Assembly (NCBI GenBank): GCA_964016885.1
Contig: OZ024740.1
Location: 232,872,001 to 232,936,000 of the forward strand
DNA length: 64,000 nucleotides
Source of the DNA: Eledone cirrhosa
Lineage: Eukaryota
Reading direction: 5' to 3'
Both the position numbers and the translations under genes were made by a program. The notes under the pieces are model-generated. The model had not been told where the DNA came from and did no database searches. It saw only the letters and a list, made by a program, of their open reading frames with translations. This document shows, in pieces, positions 12,550-24,012 of the stretch; within the stretch, counting starts at the first letter, position 1; every line of letters begins with the position of its first letter.

Positions 12550-14050
12550 TCACAAAAAACAAGGGGGGAAATACACATGATCTTAAACATGGTAATGTTT
12601 ACAGTTCGTTGGCGATGGTATGCAACATCGCCACAGTCAAATGGGAATTATGCTGGCCCTGAGTCTAACAAGCGCTCTGTTGGTTTAAAAGACACAACGA
12701 GTAACTTAGAACATAGGCAGAACAGCAAATTACTGTTCAGTGGTTTGAAAATATTATAGGCTAAACATATTGTTCATTCTCATTTTGACAATATTATGTT
12801 CAGTTAAACACTAAATGCAGCCAAATATATTCGTTGTTAACTGGAAAATCTGCGATTTGTTTATTATTACAAAATGATATTGTTGATTGGTATCAAGGCA
12901 CTAACCCCGCCATTATTTGCGAGCAGAAGGAAATGTATTAATTAATCTAAACCCAAAACGTTATTAAATAGGTATGATGTAAGATTAATTCAACATGCCC
13001 TTTCCATCAACTTTATGTTGGGTTTAACAAATTTGTTACATAAAATATGCTTGTCTGAACTCAATTTATTGATAGGAAACACAAATTCATGGCGGGGAAA
13101 AAGTAGAAGTGTTGTTTGGATAGATGAAATGTCATGATTAACCATTTACTGCGCAACGCAAGTGTTTTAACATTGCTGCTAGTCTTCGGTAGCGATGGAA
13201 AATTTGTTTTTTTTTTAACATCTTGCAGCAGATAAAAAGACCATTATGTAAAGGTGAACGCAGATTTGAAATAAAAAAAGAGAACGCAGTGTAAAGATAA
13301 TCAAAATAATGTCAATACCATTCATAAGTTTAAATCTACAGAACGCTTAATAAATATAAAGAGAGAATGGTGGCGGTGTGAAAGGTTTTTCACGTTAATT
13401 AAATTACCATAAGTGCATTAATATTTCTAACATAGGCACAAGGCCACACATTTTGGTTGGAGGGAATAGTCGATGATATCGACCCAAGTACATGACTGGT
13501 ACTTATTTTTTGGAAACTCGCAAAGATGAAAGGTGGCGTCTGGCTCGATGGGTCTGTGAATAAACGTAACTAAATAGGTTTTAATTTCACATCTAGCCAA
13601 GATCAACTTTTCCTTTTATCATTCCGTGGTTCATACTCGCATTAGTGAATGTAATTTATTTCAACTTTTCATCTTTTGGTATATAGTGAAACGATTTTGA
13701 TTGATTCTAGAAGAGAACTCAGTTATTTCATTACATATGCAATCACAGATATATACACACACACACACGCACATCTACTTGCATTCACACAAACATACAT
13801 TCAAGCATTTGTACAAACATGCATTAATAAACATACATACATATTTACGCAGACACACACACATACACATCATATATAACATACAAGTAGAATATTAACA
13901 GAAATGTTTGTATATAAACTAACATAGCATAATGAATTAACATAAAAAAAAATTAATGAAATGAAATAAAATAAAATGTCACCAAATACTTATTTTGAAA
14001 ATTTTGAGAAGAATGAAATTAAAAAAGTATATATATTATGAAATAAAATA
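12550..14050 (+). other. Putative 3' UTR of the GATA gene
   Basis: Largely non-repetitive AT-rich sequence after the stop codon, with AATAAA hexamers near 13270, 13348, 13965 and 14042. The end is uncertain. Confidence 0.45.
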
Positions 14051-14304
14051 CATGAGAAAAACAGAAAACTCGTTTTGTGTTGTATTATAGACAGTTTTCA
14101 ATATCCGTTTCTACATCTACTATTTCAACGTCTCTCGTTATCACACCCCCTCTCACTCTCCCCCTCTTCTCACTCTCCCTGCCCCAGTCCCACTTTGATA
14201 TACAGTATATATATATGGGTGTGTGTATTGGTTGTGGGGTGGGGGGGGGTCAGTACCCCGACGGCTGAGCTTCGGCTGGTTCGACATCTAGATCCGAACT
14301 GAAA

Positions 14305-14460
14305 CTACAAAGTCACGCTTATAGTGTACCGAGCCGTACTTGTTTCCAGCTCACTCCATTTTTATGAAACATGGAATTTGTGTAGCCGAAATATCCCAAA
14401 ACTGGAACGATTTCATCAATAGAAACTTCGATTAATTATGAGCAATTATGAGAATCTTGT
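14305..14460 (+). mobile_element. RTE-type LINE C-terminal fragment (degenerate)
   Basis: Translates to VYRAVLVSSSLHFYETWNLCSRNIPKLERFHQ*KLRLIM, resembling the post-RT region of RTE elements. Confidence 0.5.
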
Positions 14461-14699
14461 CGGACGGCTCTTTGCACCACTATAAAGTCCGATTGCTATA
14501 GACGTCGAAGAGCTCTAAAACCTCGAAAGAATACGCAGAAGACAGAACAGCAAGGCGTCAATATATGTATATATATGTATGTGTAGGTGTAGTTGCATCT
14601 AAACCTGATCCCAACAGCATATTAGGATGTACACGAGATGCATTTGGGAACGGCAACTAATCTCTCTGAGACTGAGTTCACAAGAGCAGTTAGTCTGCT

Positions 14700-16040
14700 C
14701 AGATGTGGCAAGAGAAGATGAAATCCGGCACAAAATGTTAAAAGCCTTAAATAGAGAAGGTATTCTCTGGCTGATTCATGTGTGCCTGGTGACCTGGATA
14801 TTTGGAAAGGTACCTAAAGAATGGCAATTGAGAGTGATAATTCCATCTTTCAAAAGGGGAGGGGGGCAAGAGAGATTGTTCCAATTACAGAGAGATCACC
14901 TTGTTAAGCCTCCACGGTAAATTCTATGTTGAGATGCAGGGAGATTGTCGAGTCCAGGCTAGTTGATGAAGAGTAAGGTTTTGCGCCGGAGGCAGTAGAG
15001 CCGACCAAATATTCACACTGCGGCAGGTATTCGAGAAATCGTTAGAGTATTGCCAAGAAGTATATTCTTGTGTTGATGACATTGAAAAATCATATGACCG
15101 CGTTCCTCGGGACAGGCTGTGCAGGGATATGCGATTGATAGTCAGCTTTTTTCCTACCCTGATGTCTCTATACGAATGCCCGATTATTTGTACTCGGATA
15201 AATGGTGCTAAATCGAATCCATTCAATGTGGGGGCCGGGATCCGCCAAGGGTGCGTACTGTCACCTCATCTGCTCATTATTTACAAGAACAGGGTTAACA
15301 TGCGCAACCGGGAGTGGAAGTGGTATCAGGACTGGCGGATGTAAAATCAGTCGGCTGGAATTTGCGGATGACGTGGTGTTACTTAACTCGACGTAAGATA
15401 AGCTTCGACTTGCACTTGATAGGTTTGATGCCGAGTGCTGCGAAAATCTGAGACACTTGTCCTCCCAAGGAAGCCTGCACAGAGCACTCTACATGTAAAT
15501 GGAGTTCCACTGAAGCAGTTGAAGTGTCTCAGTGATGTAAGGCAGGAGGCTGAATTAAGTGTAAGAATTACAGGTGCTGGTGCAGTAATGCACCAACTTC
15601 AGCACTCAGTAATCAGAAGGGAGGTAAGCGTAAAAGCCAACCTTTACCAATGTTCATGATTCTAAAGTAATGACCGAAAAAGTACGATTGCGAATACAAG
15701 CAGCCGAAATGGGATTCCTCCAAAGGGTCTTTGGAGTAACATTACACGATAAAGTGCGTAGCTGAGATAGGGAGCCACTCCAGGTAGAATCACTACTTCT
15801 CCGAATTGAGACATCACAGCTCGATACTATGGGCATGTGATTAGAATGTCTCAGGAAAGAATCGCTGTTTAGATTTTACAGGATAAACTAATCGAGCAAA
15901 TAGTTGGATATCATCTATAAGCTTGGTGGGTCACGCTTGGGGATCCAACTAGATCAGTTGGAGATGGTTGCTTCTCACAGGACCCACTAGAAGGAGTGTT
16001 TCAGTGCTTTGCCCCAAGTCCCTCTCAGGAATAAGTGGGC
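14700..16040 (+). mobile_element. RTE-clade LINE, 5'-truncated and disrupted (reverse transcriptase pseudogene)
   Basis: Motifs DEIRHKMLKAL, VPKEWQLRVIIPSFKRG, GIRQGCVLSP, EFADDVVLL and RIQAAEMGFL are spread over frameshifts and stops. Confidence 0.85.
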
Positions 16041-16189
16041 GAAGAAGAAAGAAAACATTTATGAAATGTTTAAAAGTAAGACATATATATATATATATAC
16101 AATATATTCATACATGGTAACAATACTTAATATACCCCTGTAATAAAATTGTTAAATAAGAAACCTAAATTGAATTAACACCGTTAATA

Positions 16190-16411
16190 ATGGTTACTTA
16201 TATAGGCACAAGGGCATCAATTTGTTTGGGGTGGGGAGGAGTCGATTAAATCGCCTCCAGTGCGTGAGTGGTACTTTATTTTATCGAACCCCTAAGGATG
16301 AAAGGCAAAGTTAACCTCGGCGGGATTTGAACTCGGACCATAAAGGGGCGTAACTCTATGTTGTAAAGCATGGCGTCCGACCCTCTACGGATACTGCCAT
16401 TCCACCACCCT
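16190..16411 (-). mobile_element. SINE copy
   Basis: Reverse complement of the main SINE core and head. Confidence 0.75.
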
Positions 16412-16417
16412 TATTAA

Positions 16418-17006
16418 TCTATGTATCTAAAACAGAGAATGTCTGTCTGTCTGACTCCCTAAAACTCGAGAACCACCCAACCGATTGTTTTCAAACTTTA
16501 CACATGTAATACTTACCGTCTTGTGAGTGTTTTGTGCAAATAAAATTTTAAATTTTCAATGCCCTATGGACCGGATTACGCGATTTAGCGATCTCTCTGT
16601 ATAATTCTTAGGCTTTCTTTTTAGATAGATACATAGATATAACGATGCACCCTTATAATACCTGTCTGTATGTCTGGCTCTCTGCATTACGACATTATGA
16701 CGCTATATATGTGTGTGTGTATGTGTATGTTTTTCAAAATATTTACTTCTGCGTTCACAGATTGTATTTTTTAGTTTCAGAAGATCTCGTTAAGGGTGAA
16801 AGCAGCGATTCTTTGCTTAAACTTTAATCTATTATTTTAATATATATATATATATAATTATATATTCGTGTACAGATATTTTTGCATACACAATAACAAA
16901 ATATAAACAAACGTATTTATTTCACGAGGCTCGATAAGGATAAATATATATAAAATATATAAGAACCCTAGAGCAAATCCCGAGCAACGCCGGGCCATTC
17001 TGCTAG
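16418..17006 (+). mobile_element. Non-autonomous Helitron
   Basis: 5' A|TCTATGTATCTAAAACAGAGAATGTCTGTCTGTCTG; 3' hairpin CCCGAGCAACGCCGGG then CTAG|T. Confidence 0.7.
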
Positions 17007-17812
17007 TGCGATTCTAAATGGAAAACATTTGAAATGGATAGAATGTATTAAGTAATGTTTTCATTAAAACCTGATTAGGAAAATAATAAGTACATTTCTA
17101 CATATGCTTTCTGGGTTATATATTATTTTTGCTGCATTAATACTATATTGTATGAGTTTCTAAGTAACGAAATATCTAAACATCCTAGTTATTTTTCAGA
17201 TCTTTCTACGATAGAAATATTAGTTAACGAATAAGCACTGCAATTTTATATCATGACAACTTCCTTTCTAACAACTCTCACTATAACCAATAAACAGCTT
17301 CAATGAATTTTACCATATTTATTAAAAAAATACCCACAAATCTGTATTATTGCATGTCCAAAAAAGTATGCTCACAAGCTTATGCCTTGGCTTTTGTACC
17401 ATGAATCTTGTATTATTCTTGATAATTTGTCTTATGATTTTAAACAAATTATTTTTATTTTTATAATATTTCCTGAAGAGGAAAATCATGTTGGAGCGAA
17501 ATTAAAAAGAAAAAAAGAATATGTGCCTAAGCACGCAATTGGGTTAGTTATTGGTATAACAAAGACATACGGAGAAATATAGAAGAAATAGCTTTCAACT
17601 TACGATTAAAACCATATCAGTCATTTGGGAGGTTATTTTAAATGTAGCTTTACAAAACCCGTATATGTAGGTAAATACTCATATCTATTTATCTCCCCCC
17701 CCCTCTCTTTCTACATATATATACACATATATAGTAATAATAATAATACTAATAATAATAATAAATGTGGAGATCCCGTTAAGGGTGAAAGCAGTGATTC
17801 TTTGCTCTTTTA

Positions 17813-17847
<35 letters not shown>

Positions 17848-17859
17848 AGTGTGTACAGC

Positions 17860-19190
17860 AAATGGAACACTCTTTTGAGGCCTTTATAAGCTTGCGGGCT
17901 GCAGAGAAAGCTGATCCACCTGCATATTTCCTCCCTAACATCTTACTTTCATTTTCTTTTCTATCATCCATAACGGATTCTTTGTTGGTTTTCTCTGCCA
18001 TCTAATGCTTTTCACATACATTTCCATTAATATTCTCACCCAATCACATATATCTTCCTTAAACACATGATCCAACCATTTCATTATATGTCTCTTCACA
18101 CAATCACCCCTCTCTCAATACTCATCATCCACTTTATTTCATTATTTGTCTTCCTTTAGGGCAGTGGATTGGCAGTATCGGTAGAGGGTCGGACGCCATG
18201 CTTTCCAGCATAGTTACGTCCCTTTACGATCTGAGTTCAAATCCCGCCGAGGTTGACTTTGCCTTTCATCCTTACGGGGTCGATAAAATAAAGTACCAGT
18301 AATGCACTGGATAATTGCTGGCCTTGTGCCTAAAGTAGAAACAATTATTTGTCTTCCTCACACTCCCTCCAAGACTCTACTTATCCACCATCCATTCTTT
18401 CCATCTTTCTCAGATATTCCACATAAATTGCCCATTTCTCGCTCTCATAGAACATGGTACTTCTCACACATGCAACATACAACAGTTAATAGCCTCCTTT
18501 CATTCGTACACCACAGAGTTCCTGGAACATCTCTGCACCCTCTCGATACTGTTTCTGAGTTTAATCCACATTCCCCATTCAACATATCTCGTAGGTAATA
18601 AAATATTCTCACATTATTCATCGTTATCAACCACATGATCCACCTCAACATCCTCTCCATATGTAGCTCCCTCCATTATTATTAAAAACATAAATGTAGC
18701 TGCCACTACATTTTCGTACACATACTACATTCAAAGAAGTTCAATCTAACACCCTTGCTAGCATATATGGGATGAAGGGGATAAGACGGAAAATATGAAG
18801 ATGAAAAGAATAGAAAAACATCTTACACTGCATCCCAAGACATGCCAACAGACTGGTTGGAGTTGTTCACCATTCTCTTCCACAGTCGTAGTGTCACCTC
18901 CCTTTGTGCTTTTTTCTGCTTTTACAGCGAATTCTTCTCTTAAGATCTGACTAGTCATGTACAAACATGGCCACCTGAAACACTTCTCTTTCCTCGTCAC
19001 TCATATGTTGCCAGTCACCCTAGACACCACACAAATCCTTTGCCCAAACCTTTCATTCTGGAACATCACATGCTTAGAAGTACTTCCTTGTTTGTATTTA
19101 ACATGCATTTACGGACTTGCTGTCGTTCATGTGGTACATCACCTAATTGCATTGACACTTCCTCCAGTCCAATCCATTATAAATTAACTT
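17860..19190 (-). mobile_element. Old degenerate LINE (RTE-like) with a nested SINE
   Basis: Fragments such as MERMLRWI and KWLDHV on the - strand; heavily decayed. Confidence 0.4.
18158..18348 (+). mobile_element. Young full-length SINE with TSD
   Basis: Consensus-like copy; TTATTT(T)GTCTTCCT occurs on both sides. Confidence 0.85.
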
Positions 19191-20897
19191 GACAACCTAC
19201 AAATATATCTAGATCTTCAAATTCTGTTTATTATTGCATGTAAGCTAACGTTTTTCAGGAAGAAGGCAATAACCAAATATCTTGAAGTTCATGTTTTCTC
19301 CCATTAGAATATAGGAACTTCGCGCTGAATAAAATATAAGCATTCATTATATGACCTATAGTAGAAATAAATTAGGTGTTCCCACTAATTCTCAGCATTG
19401 ATATTTCGCTGTTGAGTTATGCTTTCAATTTAATACTACTTATGTTTGGTATAACTTAGTACTAGTAATATACTGGAATAAATTCATTCATCTATACCAC
19501 TTCTTTACATGATGTTGACTTGGTGACAAAAGAGTGTGGTTCTGTGAACAATATTTCTGTGGAAAAAGTAGCCACATTTGCAACCCACTTGTACCGGACT
19601 GTACACTTCACAAATTCTGTAAATTTCCTCCAGAACTATTTACATACCCATAGGTTCCCGAGGACGTAGACATATTTGCCATATACGAAAGCACATCTAG
19701 CTGCGTCAATCCAACAAAGCCAACAGCCCATATTATACCCTTTTCACTACTCTTAAACATCGCAGAGTTTGCTCCTATCCTACACTCAGCAACCCTGTCC
19801 GTCCCTCTATCTCACCCGCTCCCTCTCTCTTTATTTCCGTCTCTCTGTATATAATGTTTACCGTCTCTCTAACTAAATATACAAGGTTTATCGTAATGTG
19901 TTTTTTTAAACGACACAATGTATTCTGTATGGAAAATGAACAATTTTTTTTAATCATCGAATTGACTTCGAATATGTCAAAGTAATCGAGAAAATTATTA
20001 ACGATCAACTTCTGCGATACTCTGAGTATCCTTCTTTCTATAATGGCCAATCGTACGGCTTTCGTAAGTCATATGTCAATCGAAACAGATTTCGTGAATA
20101 CAGTGTTGTGGCACTTATAAATCACGAGTCTGACATGCCAACACTGAAACATTAATCCATCGAGACTCACCATCCTTCTTTCGCCTATTTCATACAAAGA
20201 TTCGTCTTCTGATTCATGATCAGAAATGATTCAAAACTAACACAATACTAACCCTTTGTAAAAAAAAAAAGAAGGAAATATATAATAAACTGTCCCATGC
20301 TGGGGTACCATCTCTGGATATTAAACGATTGTATTCCACTTTTTTTGTATTTTTGTTCTTTTTATAGTTGTCTATTTAATGAATAGCTACTGAATAAATA
20401 CGACAATACGTTTTTAATGTACTTATTCCTCGGTAAAGACTTCACGAAATATACATATACACAAGCACACGCACACACATTCAAACATACACACACATAA
20501 ATATACGATGAGATTCAGCGTACTTTCCATCTACCAAACTCTTCCCACAAGACAAATATATATTGTTATATTCTCAGATCCCAATTTATATAAGATCATA
20601 TTATTCTGACTAGAGCATATGTGTGTATATGTATTTGTGTGTAATTAGACGGAAACAAATAGCTGTCAGAGAAAAGAATCCCATACAGATTGTTAACAAG
20701 GGAAGACATTGCATTACTAACTGTATGTATGTGTAGGTATGTTTTGTCAGTACACGTTGGTTTGTTCGTAACTGTCTGTATGTGATCCTCAATTAGTAAT
20801 CTTTGTTTCATACACTGCTTTTCGAAAATTTACTCCTAACTGTGTAATCTATTAAACAGCACATTGACCCTGTACTATCTCTCCCCCCTCTATCTCA

Positions 20898-20929
<32 letters not shown>

Positions 20930-20940
20930 TTGTGTGTATG

Positions 20941-20973
<33 letters not shown>

Positions 20974-20996
20974 ACATATCTATATCTATATATCTA

Positions 20997-21097
<101 letters not shown>

Positions 21098-21794
21098 CCA
21101 CATACATACACACATATATATCCATACATATATATATATATATGTATATATATATGAATATGTATATATATGTGTGTAGAGAAGTCGGGGCGAGAGTCAC
21201 ACCTGCATACATAAATATATAAGTATATAAATATATAAAGAGAGCCACAACAGTATTTCTATATCTGAGAAAAGATATGCACTTGATACGCTTCACTTCC
21301 GGATCATTTTTGAGTAGTTAGCAAGATGGCGTTGTTGATGATTTTGACAGAACATCGACAGGTTTTACGTGGAAAAAGATTTCATACTACATATTTTACA
21401 TCATACTGCCAGCTGCCTTACCTCTCTATTTCCCTCACCTTTTTCTCCGTAATTGCCTTAATTCTTTTTCACTTTTAACCTTTATTTTTCAGGATGTTAC
21501 GATTTCTATTATTGCTATTTATGTGAGTTGAATGCCGTAGATGTTTTCATAATATATACATTATGAACATTTGTGAGACATTTCACGCTTTGCTGTTGTA
21601 TTGGCTGTCTATGATTTGGTTATAATTCATCCCATTTAAATTATCTTTGTGACATCATCTTTGCTAACTTTTCATTCTCCCTCTCCTCTTTGTCCTTCTT
21701 CTCCTCAAATTCATTTTCCTCTTCTAGCTTACTATTATCGTTCAACATCTATCTAAATACTCTATTATATATATAAAAATATATATATATATAT

Positions 21795-21928
21795 ATTTAT
21801 TAAAATAACAGATTAAAGTTTAAGCAAAGAATCGCTGCTTTCACCCTTAACGGGATCTTCAGAAGATCCCGTTAAGGGTGAAAGCAGCGATTCTTTGCTT
21901 AACATTTAATCTGTTATTTTAATAAATA
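21795..21928. repeat. Near-perfect palindrome of the GAAGATCCCGTTAAGGGTGAAAGCAGCG element, centre 21861
   Basis: The arms are reverse complements; single copies of the same family at about 16777, 17769 and 40802. Confidence 0.85.
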
Positions 21929-22012
21929 TTTGCCCTACGGTTCTTATATATTTGATATATATTTATCCTTATCGAGCCCTCTTTGGATTTTAGTCTTGAA
22001 ATGTATTATTAT

Positions 22013-22085
<73 letters not shown>

Positions 22086-22086
22086 C

Positions 22087-22117
<31 letters not shown>

Positions 22118-22145
22118 ATATATATATATATGTAAATATCTGTCA

Positions 22146-22177
<32 letters not shown>

Positions 22178-22458
22178 GGGGTTGGTATGAAAAAAGTAAA
22201 CGGAAACAGCACAGCAAACAGCAGAATACAATGAAGAAATATATTAGTCTAACGCTTGATATAGTAGAAAAAGAGTCTTTCATCGGAAGATAGAATGAGA
22301 AAAGATGAAATAGAAAGATAGAAAATGAGAAGAGGAAGGACCGGAAACAAAGCTGTATTGAAAACGCACGTGTCTATTAGGTCAGCCATTTCGGAGAAAA
22401 AATATATATTTCTTCTTTTATTTCTCATTCTATCATCAAATGAGAGACTAACGTCCAA

Positions 22459-22520
<62 letters not shown>

Positions 22521-22821
22521 GACACCCACTGATGAATTATAGGAGCCCACTTGAATATATATCTATTGATGGTATAAAAGCTCCTACATAAATTGGTATA
22601 ATTTCACCCATATTTTAGGAATCCTATAATGAAACGAGACGTCCGTCTGGGAAGAGATATATCGATATGTCTCATATGAAATAATACACCCAATTTTCCA
22701 CGCAATACTTTTAGTTAGCACCCCGAACGCATACTTGGGAATATAATCACTTATTTCCAAATGTTTGTTGAGTGAGTTGGAATTTGGCCGGAGTATCGCT
22801 AAAAAGCTTTCTCCGATATTG

Positions 22822-22869
<48 letters not shown>

Positions 22870-22973
22870 TACAAATATTATTAAAATAGATGTTCTTTTG
22901 ATCAATTACATTTTATTATACATATTTCAGAGGTTAACCATTTAACATCTCAGGGTATGTCATGTATCATTAT

Positions 22974-23026
22974 ATTTTGTCTGATGAGGATGTACTGTTG
23001 TACCTCCGAAATATGTATAATAAAAT
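22974..23026 (+). ncRNA. Type I hammerhead ribozyme motif within a (TA)n-flanked element (22861-23172) with an inverted 5' duplication
   Basis: ATTTTGT-CTGATGA-GGA TGTAC TGTT GTAC CTCC-GAAA-TATGTA-TA-ATAAAAT; stems I and II pair. 22861-22932 is the reverse complement of the sequence around and downstream of the core. Confidence 0.7.
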
Positions 23027-23211
23027 GTAATTGATCAAAAGAACATCTATTTTATTAATATTTGTATTTTAATATTGATAACTCTGGAAAATTATTTCTC
23101 GCAGAGTGCTTCCAATCTACTGTAAAACTCATTCTCTGATATACCCATTGAATCTTGTTTAACTCTTTAATATACATAATAGAAAGACGATTTGTTATAT
23201 CTTCATTACGT

Positions 23212-23300
23212 TTGGTGACTCGCGTTTCGCTATTGATCAGCTCAAGGTTCGATCTAAATCGATCTGGCCCGACTCTGGAATCAAACGCTCATCGGACTTC
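23212..23300 (-). ncRNA. Hammerhead-like motif with extended stem II
   Basis: - strand reads CCGATGA-GCGTTTGATT...GATCAATAGC-GAAA-CGCGA-GTC. Homologs at 51080-51170 and 1747-1858. Confidence 0.5.
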
Positions 23301-23484
23301 TGTTGTGGTGACAGAATGAACATATAAAACATACAGATGTCTGTACATATGTATATATACTCGAAACTAGAGGGGTTGAGCGTCCACGGGCGCAAGCGTG
23401 AAGAGACGACATTTCTTCTGGATTATCATGCCTAGTTGGAAATCCAAATTGTCTTTGCCCCTAAGCACTGACACGCACTCACGC

Positions 23485-23641
<157 letters not shown>

Positions 23642-23970
23642 TATTGAAGTTTCCGTTGAAAATTGAAAAAGTCATAGGAGTGAAGAGTGCTCTATGTAAG
23701 TACCAGAGCAAAATTTAATGTATAATAAACAATACAATATAATTACCTCATTACCAGAGGTTTCCCGAATAAGACGAATACGAAAGAAACGTCCTCATTC
23801 GTTCGTCGGACAAGGCAATATAAAACATAGTGAAATATTTGGAAAGTCTCCTCAAGAAATGCAAAAAAAATATATATATAGAAATAAAAGTAATGCAATA
23901 GATATATAAAATATATAGAAAAATATAAGGAAATATAGTTAGGTGTGTGTATATGTATGTATATACACTC

Positions 23971-24011
<41 letters not shown>

Positions 24012-24012
<1 letters not shown>

